From NCBI GenBank assembly GCA_958295725.1, contig OY282368.1:2882365-2946364 (forward strand): 64,000 nucleotides of DNA, in the 5' to 3' direction. Positions 21,658-31,278 of the stretch are shown here, in pieces (within the stretch, counting starts at the first letter, position 1; each line of letters starts with the position of its first letter). The notes beneath the pieces are model-generated. The model was not told the origin of the DNA. It saw only the letters and a list, made by a program, of their open reading frames with translations, and ran no database searches. Source of the DNA: an uncultured Alphaproteobacteria bacterium. GTDB taxonomy: Bacteria; Pseudomonadota; Alphaproteobacteria; UBA2966. The position numbers were made by a program, and so were the translations under genes.

Positions 21658-22753
21658 GTCCGGCGGCGATCTCGAGGCGCATCTGCGCCGCCGGATCCGG
21701 GCTTTCGGGCCTCTCACCGTGGCGGAGTACATGGCCGAGGCGCTCGGGAATCCGAAGTACGGCTACTACGGGACCCGGAACCCGATCGGCGCCGCGGGCG
21801 ATTTCATCACCGCTCCCGAGATCAGCCAGATGTTCGGCGAACTGATCGGATTGTGGTGCGCCGACACCTGGCGGAAGCTGGGCGCTCCGAATCCGGTGCG
21901 CCTAGCGGAGATTGGACCTGGCCGCGGCACCCTGATGCGCGATGCCCTCCGGGCGGTCCGGACCTTGCCGGCGTTTCGCGGCAGCGCGGACATACACCTC
22001 GTGGAGACCAGCCCCGTCCTCCGCGCGTGCCAGAGAGAAATGCTCCCGGATGTCGACGCGACATGGCACGACCGCTTTCTCCGTGTTCCCGAGGGGCCGG
22101 TCATCGCGGTGGCCAACGAGCTCTTCGATGCGCTCCCCATCCACCAGTTCGAACGGACCCTCCGAGGCTGGCGCGAACGTCTCGTGGACGCCGACGGAGA
22201 CGGTGGAGGGCTCCGCTTCGTGCTCGGACCGGTAACGGCAGCCTTTTCCGTCGTGCCCGAGGGACTCCGGCACGCGCCGCTCGGCAGCATTGTCGAGGTG
22301 AGCCCCGCCCGCGTCGATCTGATGCGGGATATCACCGAACGCGCGATCCACGGCCCGGGAGCGGCCCTCGTCATCGATTACGGCCATCTCGGGACCCGAC
22401 CCCGAGACACCCTGCAGGCCGTTGCCGCCCACCACGGCCACGAGGTACTCGAGTCGCCCGGCGGAGCCGACCTCTGCGCCCATGTCGACTTCGCCGTTCT
22501 CCGGCGGACAGCGTCCGAATGCGGGGCGGACGTCTGGGGACCGGTTCCGCAAGGCGAGTTCCTCGAGTCGCTGGGCATACGGACCCGGGCGGCGCGGATC
22601 AAGGAAACGGCGACACCGGAACAGTGCGACGAGATCGACAGCGCCCTCGAGCGGTTGACCGGCCCCGGCGAGATGGGCACCTTGTTCAAGGTGTTGGCGA
22701 TCACCTCGCCCGGGACACCGGTTCCCGGCGGGTTCGACGCCAATGACCGGTAG
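21638..22753 (+). CDS. Class I SAM-dependent methyltransferase of the MidA/DUF185 family (NDUFAF7 homologue)
   Basis: DUF185 motifs (FITAPEISQMFGEL, EIGPGRGTLMRD). The conserved lgt-midA-pgeF arrangement is present. Confidence 0.8.
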   Translation: MPRNRTESGGDLEAHLRRRIRAFGPLTVAEYMAEALGNPKYGYYGTRNPIGAAGDFITAPEISQMFGELIGLWCADTWRKLGAPNPVRLAEIGPGRGTLMRDALRAVRTLPAFRGSADIHLVETSPVLRACQREMLPDVDATWHDRFLRVPEGPVIAVANELFDALPIHQFERTLRGWRERLVDADGDGGGLRFVLGPVTAAFSVVPEGLRHAPLGSIVEVSPARVDLMRDITERAIHGPGAALVIDYGHLGTRPRDTLQAVAAHHGHEVLESPGGADLCAHVDFAVLRRTASECGADVWGPVPQGEFLESLGIRTRAARIKETATPEQCDEIDSALERLTGPGEMGTLFKVLAITSPGTPVPGGFDANDR

Positions 22754-22759
22754 ATCGGC

Positions 22760-23548
22760 ATGCCACGAGACACTCCCGCAGCGCTTCAATCCGGGAATCT
22801 GGCCGATGCCGCCGGAGTTTCCCATGGGTTCTTCACGCGCCGGGGCGGCGTCTCGAATGGCATATACGCTTCGTTGAACTGTGGTTTCGGTTCTTCCGAC
22901 GATCGCCACAGCGTCGCGGCCAACAGAGCCCGGGTAACGCGGGTTCTCGACATGGATCCGGCGAGTCTGAGAACCGTCCATCAGGTCCACGGTACGAACG
23001 TGCGCACCATCGATGACCGGAATGACGCGCGAACGCCGATCCAGGCGGATGCGCTAGCGACCAACCTTTCGGGGATCGCTCTGGGAATTCTGACGGCGGA
23101 CTGCGCCCCCGTTCTTCTGGCGGATCCCACCGCCCACGTGATCGCCGCCGCCCACGCCGGCTGGCGGGGTGCGCTCGACGGCATCGTCGAATCCACGGTA
23201 GCCGCGATGATTGGCTTGGGAGCACACCCATCGTCGACCGTCGCCGGCATCGGACCTTGCATCGGCCCACGGACTTACGAGGTGGATCCCGGATTCCGGG
23301 GGTCGTTCGTCGACCGGAACCCCGAGCACCGGCGTTACTTCCGGGCGGCGCCACGCCCGGACCGTTTTCTTTTCGATCTCTCCGGCTTCGTCGGATCGGC
23401 GCTCAGCGTCGCGGGCATCGGGACCATCGAACGTATCGACGGTGACACCTTGAGCGAAGAGACCCGTTTCTTCAGCTATCGGCGCGCCCGCCACCGGGGA
23501 GAACCCGACTACGGCCGGCAGCTTTCGGCGATCGTACTCCGGCATTGA
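22760..23548 (+). CDS. pgeF: Peptidoglycan editing factor PgeF (YfiH/DUF152 purine-nucleoside-phosphorylase-like family)
   Basis: YfiH family motifs (HGTNV, TADCAPVLL, HAGWRG). Confidence 0.85.
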   Translation: MPRDTPAALQSGNLADAAGVSHGFFTRRGGVSNGIYASLNCGFGSSDDRHSVAANRARVTRVLDMDPASLRTVHQVHGTNVRTIDDRNDARTPIQADALATNLSGIALGILTADCAPVLLADPTAHVIAAAHAGWRGALDGIVESTVAAMIGLGAHPSSTVAGIGPCIGPRTYEVDPGFRGSFVDRNPEHRRYFRAAPRPDRFLFDLSGFVGSALSVAGIGTIERIDGDTLSEETRFFSYRRARHRGEPDYGRQLSAIVLRH

Positions 23549-24501
23549 GGTCCGATGCCTTGCCGCGCCGGTCGTCGGGGAAGAATATCGTTCGAGTCGG
23601 CCTCGCCTCTCTCTGCGTTCCGCTCGTCTGGGCCGCGGTCATCGGCGGGTGTCAGCCCTTGCCGCGCCCGTTCCAACCCGAAAACAAGGCCGCATCCCTT
23701 GATGGGTATCTGGAGCCCGGTCCGCGGGCCGGTCTCACCGTGGCGAGCCCGAGCGGCCTCTCCCAACGACACTCGGAGCGCCTCGCTACGCTGGTCGCCG
23801 CGGCCCTCCGTGACCTGGGCGTCGTGGCGACGGTGGCAACCTCGGAGCGGCGACGCTATCGATTACACGGGCAAATTGATCAGGAGACCGACCCGCTCGC
23901 CGCGCCCGACGACGCGCTGACCGTCGTCCTGCGCTGGAGCTTCGTCAGTCCCGAAGGCGATGTCGTCGGGACCGTGATCCAGCGCGAGACCCTCGCACCA
24001 CCAGCGTGGCGGGCCCTCACCGAAGCCACGTTGGCCTCCTTCGCGGCGCACGCCGCGCCGCGAATCGAGAGGATGCTCGACATCCATGGCGAAACGCCGG
24101 TCCCGCGCCGGCCTTTCAATCCCGTCGTGGTCTATCGCGTCGACGGCGCACCCGGCGACGGCGCGACCGCCTTGCGGTACGAGATGCGGAGGGCCTTGCG
24201 CACGCGGGGCGTCCCCGTCGTCGAGAACATCGCCGACGACACGTACATCGTGCTCGGTGCCGTTCATATCGACAAGGGACACGCACCGCCAGAACGGACG
24301 GTGGAGATCGACTGGACCATCCTTCGCCCGGATGGCCATCGCGTCGGTTCGGTACGCCAACGGAATTCCGTGGCGGCCGGGCGCCTCGACGACGCCTGGG
24401 GAACGATCGCGACGGCCGTCGCGGATGGCGGCGCGGACGGCGTGACGTCGCTGTTGGAGACGGTTCGGATCGGCCGACGAGATATACTGGGCGGTCGCTG
24501 A
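23545..24501 (+). CDS. Hypothetical lipoprotein with an internal two-fold repeat
   Basis: Signal peptide with a lipobox (LVWAAVIGGC). The ATGA start overlaps the pgeF stop. The repeated module is Y-x-L-x-G-x-I...TV...W/R...P-(D/E)G-x-x-VG-x-V-x-QR. Confidence 0.6.
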   Translation: MRSDALPRRSSGKNIVRVGLASLCVPLVWAAVIGGCQPLPRPFQPENKAASLDGYLEPGPRAGLTVASPSGLSQRHSERLATLVAAALRDLGVVATVATSERRRYRLHGQIDQETDPLAAPDDALTVVLRWSFVSPEGDVVGTVIQRETLAPPAWRALTEATLASFAAHAAPRIERMLDIHGETPVPRRPFNPVVVYRVDGAPGDGATALRYEMRRALRTRGVPVVENIADDTYIVLGAVHIDKGHAPPERTVEIDWTILRPDGHRVGSVRQRNSVAAGRLDDAWGTIATAVADGGADGVTSLLETVRIGRRDILGGR

Positions 24502-24788
24502 CCCGCACGTCGATTCGAACGCCGCGTGACTCGGTTCGAACAGGTGCGGGAGGCGCCCCCTAAAGGAGGGTAGGGGGGTCTCCGAAGCCGTTCGTGCCCA
24601 CAAACCGGCCCGGAGGAGGCCATATACGGGTATTCGCCCGCCGCGCCGCGGGGTCGAAAGCGGACCGGGACATCGCGTTTACTCACCGTGGCCTCCTTGA
24701 TAAATTCCGACGTGCTCACGCCCGTCAATCGATTTCGCCCGGCGGGACAACAGACCCTCCCAGCATTGGAGCCGATGGGCGCGCCGCC

Positions 24789-25721
24789 ATGAAGATCGTC
24801 GCCGGCAATGCCAACCGTCCGCTCGCTGAGGCAATGGCGGCGTACTTGAATCAGCCGTTGACCAGGGCCGTCATCCGCCGGTTCTCCGATATGGAGGTAT
24901 TCGTCGAGATCGAGGAGAACATCCGCGGCGAGGACGTTTTCCTGATCCAGCCGACCTCCTATCCGGCGAACGACAACCTGATGGAACTGCTGGTCTGTCT
25001 CGACGCCCTCAAACGGGCGTCGGCGCAACGGATCACGGCCGTCGTGCCGTACTACGGCTATGCCCGACAGGATCGCAAATCAGGCCCCCGTACACCCATT
25101 TCAGCCAAGCTCGTTGCCAACCTGATCACGACCGCCGGCGCCAGCCGGGTCGTCACGCTCGACCTTCACGCCGGTCAGATTCAAGGATTCTTCGATATTT
25201 TGGTGGATAACCTGTTCGCCGCTCCGGTGTTCTCGAAGGATATCAGAGAACGCTACGACGGCGAGGAATTGATGTTCGTGTCGCCCGATGTCGGCGGCGT
25301 GTTACGCGCGCGCGCGCTGGCCAGACGACTTGACGCGGGACTTGCCATCATAGATAAGCGGCGCGAACGAGCGGGCGTTTCCGAAGTGATGAACATCATC
25401 GGCGACGTGTCCGGCCGTCAGTGCGTGATCGTCGACGATATCGTGGATTCGGCTGGCACCCTGTGCAACGCGGCCGACGCGTTGATGGAGGCTGGCGCCA
25501 AGTCGGTGACCGCCTACGTCACCCACGGTGTGCTGTCCGGCGGCGCCGTGGCGCGAGTCACGGGTTCCTCCCTGGAGGCGTTGGTTACGACGGACAGCAT
25601 ATTGGCGACGGAAGCGGTGCGCGTGGCGCGGAACATCCGGCGCATCTCGATCGCACCGCTGATGGCGGAAGCCATGCTGCGAATCAGCGAAGAGCGTTCC
25701 GTCTCGTCGCTGTTCGATTGA
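24789..25721 (+). CDS. prs: Ribose-phosphate pyrophosphokinase
   Basis: Classic Prs sequence ([14 protein letters not shown]...[13 protein letters not shown]). The start was trimmed from the over-extended 24594 track ORF. Confidence 0.95.
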   Translation: MKIVAGNANRPLAEAMAAYLNQPLTRAVIRRFSDMEVFVEIEENIRGEDVFLIQPTSYPANDNLMELLVCLDALKRASAQRITAVVPYYGYARQDRKSGPRTPISAKLVANLITTAGASRVVTLDLHAGQIQGFFDILVDNLFAAPVFSKDIRERYDGEELMFVSPDVGGVLRARALARRLDAGLAIIDKRRERAGVSEVMNIIGDVSGRQCVIVDDIVDSAGTLCNAADALMEAGAKSVTAYVTHGVLSGGAVARVTGSSLEALVTTDSILATEAVRVARNIRRISIAPLMAEAMLRISEERSVSSLFD

Positions 25722-25782
25722 TGGGGCCGCAGAGACTGTTCCTTCGCGGCCGCGGACAGGACACCTCGATAAGGAGTACGAC

Positions 25783-26496
25783 ATGTCCGACGCTGACGTG
25801 ATTTCGGCGCAATACCGCGCCGAGTTGGGGCGTGGCGCTTCGCGGGCGGCGCGCAGGTCCGGACGCGTTCCCGGCGTGGTCTATGGCGCCGCGAAGGACA
25901 CGGCCTCCATATCGGTCGACCGCCGCCAACTGGATCGCGAAATGGCGCGCGGCGGCTTCTATACGCGCCTGTACAGTCTCCAGATCGACGGCCGGTCCGA
26001 ACAGGTGCTGGCGCGCGAGGTCCAGTCCCATCCGGTCACGGATGTGCCGATGCACGTGGATTTCCTGCGTCTGTCCGGGGACTCCACGATACGGTTGCAG
26101 ATTCCCGTGATTTTCGAGAACGAGGAGGAATCGCCGGGCATCAAGCGCGGTGGGGTGCTGAACGTGGTGCGCCACGAGGTCGAGGTCAACTGCCGGGCGG
26201 ATGCGATCCCGGAGAGCTTTACCGCGGACCTCACGGGCCTCGGTATCGGCGACGCGGTGCGTATCAGCGATATCCGGTTGCCCGAAGGCGTCGAACCCGT
26301 GATCACGGATCGTGACTTCACGATCGCGACCATCGCCGCATCGAGCGCGGCCATCGAGGACGCCGCCGCCGAGGCCGAGGCGGCCGAGCTGACTCCGCCG
26401 GAAGGAGAGGAAGGCGAAAGGCGCGCCGACGGACAGGCCGTCGAGACGGCGGAGGGCGAAGCCCCGGCCGAGTCGGAAGCCACCGAGGAGGGATAG
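25783..26496 (+). CDS. rplY: 50S ribosomal protein L25 / general stress protein Ctc
   Basis: L25/Ctc family with an acidic C-terminal tail. Confidence 0.9.
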   Translation: MSDADVISAQYRAELGRGASRAARRSGRVPGVVYGAAKDTASISVDRRQLDREMARGGFYTRLYSLQIDGRSEQVLAREVQSHPVTDVPMHVDFLRLSGDSTIRLQIPVIFENEEESPGIKRGGVLNVVRHEVEVNCRADAIPESFTADLTGLGIGDAVRISDIRLPEGVEPVITDRDFTIATIAASSAAIEDAAAEAEAAELTPPEGEEGERRADGQAVETAEGEAPAESEATEEG

Positions 26497-26504
26497 CCCT
26501 CGCC

Positions 26505-27092
26505 ATGTTGCTCGTCGTCGGCCTGGGCAATCCTGGAGAGCGCTACAAGAAGAACCGGCACAATATCGGCTGGATGGCCGTGGACGCGGTCATCGCGGGC
26601 CATGGATTCGGACCGGAACGCCGGCGCTTCCACGGCTTGGCATCGGAAGGCCGACTGGCTGGGCGCCGGACCACAGCCCTCAAACCGACGACATCCATGA
26701 ACATATCGGGACAGGCGGTCGCCGCCGCCATGCGCTATTACCGGCTGGCGTCGAGGGATGTGGTCGTGTTCCACGACGAGATCGACCTGATTCCCGGCAA
26801 GATCCGGGTCAAACAGGGCGGCGGCAACGCGGGTCACCGGGGACTGATCAGCATCGACGCCCATATCGGAGAGAACTACCGTCGGGTTCGCCTCGGCATC
26901 GGACACCCCGGGGACAAGAGCCGCGTCATTCGCCACGTGTTGGGCGATTTTGCGAAAGTGGATCTGGCGTGGCGCGATTCGCTGCTGGAAGCCATCGTGG
27001 AAGCCGCACCAATGTTGGCGACTGGGGATGAAGCCGGATTTCAGAACAAGGTGGCGATGCTTGCGCCGCCGTCGAAGCCCGACGTCTCGTAA
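26505..27092 (+). CDS. pth: Peptidyl-tRNA hydrolase
   Basis: Pth signature (LVVGLGNPG...YKKNRHNIGW). Confidence 0.95.
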   Translation: MLLVVGLGNPGERYKKNRHNIGWMAVDAVIAGHGFGPERRRFHGLASEGRLAGRRTTALKPTTSMNISGQAVAAAMRYYRLASRDVVVFHDEIDLIPGKIRVKQGGGNAGHRGLISIDAHIGENYRRVRLGIGHPGDKSRVIRHVLGDFAKVDLAWRDSLLEAIVEAAPMLATGDEAGFQNKVAMLAPPSKPDVS

Positions 27093-27132
27093 CGAACCCC
27101 GTCGAACGGACGATCGAGCCCCGGAGGTTGAT

Positions 27133-27621
27133 ATGCCCGGAGACGACACACCAAGTGTCTGGTACGACGACTGCGAAGTCGGTCACGTATTCGAGCTCGG
27201 CGAAATCACCATGGTCAAGGATGAGATCATCGAGTTCGCCCGCAAATACGACCCGCAGCCCTTCCACGTCGACGAGGAAGCCGCCGCCGCCAGCATGTAC
27301 GGCGGCATCATCGCAAGCGGCTGGCACACGGTATCTGTCTGTATGCGCCTCATCGTGGACAACATGATGGGCCCCGACTCGGGCAGCATCGGCTCTCCCG
27401 GCCTGAGCGAGGTGAGCTGGCCGAAGCCCGTGCGTCCGGGCGACACGCTCAGGCTACGCGCGGAAATACTCGATAAAATCCCTTCCAGGAGCAAACCGGA
27501 CCGTGGATTCTGGCGCGTGCGTTTCGCGGCCCTCAACCAGGACGACGAAGAAGTGGCCGTCATGGTGCCGCTGCAGTATCTTCTGAAACGGCCGAACGCG
27601 CCGCCCCCGGTCCGAAGTTGA
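27133..27621 (+). CDS. MaoC-like (R)-specific enoyl-CoA hydratase, hotdog fold
   Basis: A 162-aa hotdog/MaoC dehydratase sequence, with an RBS GGAGG 6 nt upstream of the ATG at 27133. Confidence 0.7.
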   Translation: MPGDDTPSVWYDDCEVGHVFELGEITMVKDEIIEFARKYDPQPFHVDEEAAAASMYGGIIASGWHTVSVCMRLIVDNMMGPDSGSIGSPGLSEVSWPKPVRPGDTLRLRAEILDKIPSRSKPDRGFWRVRFAALNQDDEEVAVMVPLQYLLKRPNAPPPVRS

Positions 27622-27666
27622 CGATCCCGATCCCGCCCGTGCTATAGATTCGCGCTGGCGTCGGAT

Positions 27667-28371
27667 TTGTCCGATTGCGTCGATGGGAGAGAAAGACCGA
27701 TGGGGTCGACGACGACGCTCACCGCGGAGGATGGCCATGAATTCGCCGCCTACGAGGCGGCGGCGGACGGTCCGGTCAAGGGATGCATCGTCGTCGTCCA
27801 GGAGGCGTTTGGACTCAATGGTCACATCCGCGACGTGTGCGACCGACTGGCGGGTGAAGGTTATTCCGCGGTCGCGCCGGCGCTGTACGACCGCGAGGCG
27901 CGCGGGATCGAATTGGGTTACTCCGAGGAAGAGGTTCAGGCGGCTCGGGCGGTCATGACGCGCGTCCCCTGGGATACGGCCATGCTCGACGTACAAGCTG
28001 CGTACGGCCTCCTGGCGCAAAAGGGCTCCGTCGGGATAACGGGTTTCTGTTGGGGTGGATCGGTAACTTGGCTCGCCGCGTGTCGTTTGAATTTCGCTTG
28101 TGCGGTTTCCTACTACGGGGGTCGGATCATCGACTTTGTCGCGGAAAAGCCCTCCTGTCCCACGATGTGCCATTTCGGCGAACTGGATCCGACCATCCCC
28201 ATAAGCGACGTCAACGAGATCATCACCCATCACTCCAGCGTCACGGTGCATGTTTATCCAGACGCCGGGCATGGTTTTCATTGCGACCAGCGCACCCACC
28301 ATCATGAGGAAAGTGCCAGGCTCGCCTGGACTCGCACGATGGCGTTCTTCGAACGCCATCTTCCCGAGTAG
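27667..28371 (+). CDS. Dienelactone hydrolase family protein
   Basis: DLH fold with nucleophile motif GFCWGG and the Asp/His catalytic region (DAGHGF). Confidence 0.75.
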   Translation: MSDCVDGRERPMGSTTTLTAEDGHEFAAYEAAADGPVKGCIVVVQEAFGLNGHIRDVCDRLAGEGYSAVAPALYDREARGIELGYSEEEVQAARAVMTRVPWDTAMLDVQAAYGLLAQKGSVGITGFCWGGSVTWLAACRLNFACAVSYYGGRIIDFVAEKPSCPTMCHFGELDPTIPISDVNEIITHHSSVTVHVYPDAGHGFHCDQRTHHHEESARLAWTRTMAFFERHLPE

Positions 28372-28475
28372 GATCCTGTCGAGTTCCGCGCCTCGAACCG
28401 GATGGGATCGACCGGCGAGGAGTCCTTCGGAGCGGCCGCCCCGGGAGTGGCGGCTCGCGCGCGGGAGGCGGGTGT

Positions 28476-29138
28476 TTGCATAAGCGCGAGGCTGTTTGGC
28501 TGTTCGACAGGCTCGGGAAAATCGATCCACGGAAGCTTTCGCCGATACTGAACGTGGGCAGTTCCACCCGGGAATACCGGGAACTCGTGCAGCCTTGGAT
28601 TCAGGATGTCCTCGTCGGTCCATTGCAGGATCGGGGTGTGCGCATCATCCATCTCGACCTCAAGGAGGGCGCCGGAATCGACATATCGGCCGATATCTCC
28701 GACGACGCGGAATTGGAGCGGCTGAAGGCGCTGGGTGCAAGGACAGTGCTCTGTTGCAACGTGATGGAGCACGTTTTCGATCCCGGAGATCTCGCCCGCC
28801 GTTGTTCGGCCCTGGTTCCGAAAGGCGGTTACATCGCGGTCACGGTTCCGTACAGCTATCCGCATCACCGCGATCCGGTCGATACCATGTTCCGGCCGCG
28901 CCCGGACGAAGTCATCGCCCTGTTCGAAGGCGTCGAGGTCGTCGCACGGGAGATCGTCGAAGCGGGTTCCTACAGGGATCAGGTGAAGGAAAGGCCATGG
29001 ATCCTTTTCCGCCATGTCTTTCGTTTCCCTTTCCCGTTCATTGGCCTCGAACGGTGGAAGAGATCCATGAAGAAACTCTACTGGCTGGCCAATCCGTATT
29101 TGCAGTCGTGCGTGATATTGCGGAAGACCTCCGCTTGA
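28476..29138 (+). CDS. Methyltransferase-domain protein (Methyltransf_11/23-like); reduced GC
   Basis: SAM-fold motifs (ILNVGSS..., IIHLDLKEGAGIDISADISD, LCCNVMEHVFDP). GC is roughly 55-58%, falling to about 50% in the 3' third. Confidence 0.5.
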   Translation: MHKREAVWLFDRLGKIDPRKLSPILNVGSSTREYRELVQPWIQDVLVGPLQDRGVRIIHLDLKEGAGIDISADISDDAELERLKALGARTVLCCNVMEHVFDPGDLARRCSALVPKGGYIAVTVPYSYPHHRDPVDTMFRPRPDEVIALFEGVEVVAREIVEAGSYRDQVKERPWILFRHVFRFPFPFIGLERWKRSMKKLYWLANPYLQSCVILRKTSA

Positions 29139-29201
29139 CTGTCAGGCGTCGTCGAGACTCGGGCGGCGACGCAGCCAAGGCGTCGTGGTCCCCGCGCGCA
29201 A

Positions 29202-31265
29202 TCAACGCAACGCCGCCTCGATATTACCGCCGTCCACCGTCAGCACCGCCGCCGTCGTCTTGGGAGAGAGGGCGAGGTCGACGAAGGCCTTGGCGACGTC
29301 CTCCACCTTCACTTCGCGTTTCAGCAGATTTCCGCTCCCGAGGTACTGCTCCACCGTCAGACCGCGCGCCGCGGCCCGTTCCTCAAGGAGGTCGCCTTTG
29401 TAGATCCGTGTGCGGACGCGGTCCGCGTTCACGGCGTTGGAGCGGATTCCCTGTTCGCCATATTCCAGGGCGTATTGGCGGGCGAGAGAGAGCGTCGCCG
29501 CCTTGGGAAGACCGTAGGGACCGAAGTTCCTTCCCGGATTCACCGCCTGTTTGGAGGCGTTGAACAACAGCACGCCACCCGTCCCCTGGGCGGTCATCAC
29601 GCGAACGGCGTTCTGAGCCACCGTCTGGTGAGCGAAAAAGTTGAGATCGAAGCTCTGTCGCAGAACGCGGTCGGGGACGTCCCCAATCCGCCCCCGCCAC
29701 GCCGCTCCCGCGTTGGATACCACAATGTCGAGACCGCCGAACGTCCGACAGACCCGATCGAAGGCCCGGCGCACGGAGCGGCGCTCGGTGACGTCGCATA
29801 CGATCCCGATGGCGCTTCCGGCGACGGCGCCGGCGACGGCCTCCGCAGCCGACCGGTTCCGGTCGAGAACCGCGACGGCGGCGCCTTGCTCTGCGAACTC
29901 GCGAGCGGTCGCCGCTCCGATCCCGGAGCCACCCCCGGTGACCAGCACGACCTGCCGCGCCAGCGGCGGCTCCATTCCCTTCCCGAGCTTCGCCTGCTCC
30001 AGCGACCAGTACTCGACATCGAACATGTCTGCCTCGCGGATCGGCCGATAACGGCCGATCGCTTCGGCATCGGTGACGACCTCGATGGTGTTCTCCGCGA
30101 TGTCGGCCACGATACCCGCATCGCTCGCCGACCCACCGGCGCCGAACAGACCGAGCCCGGGGACGAGGACCACGCGCGGATAAGGATCGAGCTCGACCTT
30201 GACCGGCTCTCGCTCGCCGTTGTGACGCGCGAAGTAGGCGCGGTAACGCCGCACATACCGCGCGATCCGTTCCCCCGCTTCCCGTTTGAAGGCCGAGAGA
30301 TCGCCCGCAAGGGGCGCCGGCAGGACCAGGGGCCAGTTCTTCGTGCGGATCGCGTGATCTGGCGTCACCACGCCGACCTGGCTGTAACGACCGACGTCCT
30401 CTCCGTCGACATAGGTCCGGATGCGCCCGTTCGTGCGGAAGTCGAGGATGGCGCGGCGCCATTCCCCGCCCGCGTCGTCCAGCGGCTCGGCGAGGAGACC
30501 GCGGACGATGGGGCCGACCTCGGAGGCCCGCGCGATCCGGGGCGGGAGGCGCGATGGCCTGAACCGCTCGCGCCGGCCCCGCCGAAGACGAGCCTCCGCC
30601 AGAGACACCAAGTCGATCATCCGCTCATAGGCGTCGCGCGCGGTGTCCCCGAACGTGAAGATTCCGTGTTTGAGCAAGATCAGGCCTTCGACGCCAGGGT
30701 TCGCTTCGTGGATCTCGGCCGCCTCCCTGGCCAAGGCGAAGCCGGGCATTACGTAGGGCACGAGCGCGACACGGCCGCCGAAGACCTCGCGGCAGAGCGC
30801 GTCGCCGTCGGGCTGGTCGGTCACGGCGAGCACGGCGGTGGAATGGGTATGATCGACGTACTTGTACGGCAGGAACGCATGCAGCAGCGTCTCCACCGAC
30901 GGGTTGGGAGACGTCGAATCGAGCAGGCACCCGCGCTGCAAATTGACCATTTCCCCGTCCGAAAGCGAATCGAGATGCCGCAACTCGAGCAGCGCGGCGA
31001 TCCGTAGCGCCGGAAGACCGCGGGGCTCGATATCTCCCATGTCCCAACCGCTGCCCTTGACGCACAACACGTCGACGCGCCGGCCGAGGGAGTCCCGCAT
31101 GGTCGTCTTGACCGAGGTGTTGCCCCCGCCGTGCAACACGAGCCTGGGATCCCGTCCAAGCAGGCGCGTGGTGTAGACGCGCAACGCCAGATCGCGATCC
31201 ACCCCTCGACGCGCGTAGGCCCGAACCAGGCGCTCAGCCTCTCGAGAGCACCACCGGCTCTTCAT
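29202..31265 (-). CDS. Bifunctional class II aldolase/adducin-domain + short-chain dehydrogenase protein; candidate methylthioribulose-1-P aldolase fused to an aldehyde reductase
   Basis: N-terminal class II aldolase domain with an HTHS metal site (YVDHTHSTAVLAVT). C-terminal SDR domain (VTGGGSGIGAATA, NASK...YGLPKAA). It lies directly downstream of mtnA. Confidence 0.8.
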   Translation of the reverse strand: MKSRWCSREAERLVRAYARRGVDRDLALRVYTTRLLGRDPRLVLHGGGNTSVKTTMRDSLGRRVDVLCVKGSGWDMGDIEPRGLPALRIAALLELRHLDSLSDGEMVNLQRGCLLDSTSPNPSVETLLHAFLPYKYVDHTHSTAVLAVTDQPDGDALCREVFGGRVALVPYVMPGFALAREAAEIHEANPGVEGLILLKHGIFTFGDTARDAYERMIDLVSLAEARLRRGRRERFRPSRLPPRIARASEVGPIVRGLLAEPLDDAGGEWRRAILDFRTNGRIRTYVDGEDVGRYSQVGVVTPDHAIRTKNWPLVLPAPLAGDLSAFKREAGERIARYVRRYRAYFARHNGEREPVKVELDPYPRVVLVPGLGLFGAGGSASDAGIVADIAENTIEVVTDAEAIGRYRPIREADMFDVEYWSLEQAKLGKGMEPPLARQVVLVTGGGSGIGAATAREFAEQGAAVAVLDRNRSAAEAVAGAVAGSAIGIVCDVTERRSVRRAFDRVCRTFGGLDIVVSNAGAAWRGRIGDVPDRVLRQSFDLNFFAHQTVAQNAVRVMTAQGTGGVLLFNASKQAVNPGRNFGPYGLPKAATLSLARQYALEYGEQGIRSNAVNADRVRTRIYKGDLLEERAAARGLTVEQYLGSGNLLKREVKVEDVAKAFVDLALSPKTTAAVLTVDGGNIEAALR

Positions 31266-31278
31266 GCGTCCTCGCTTT

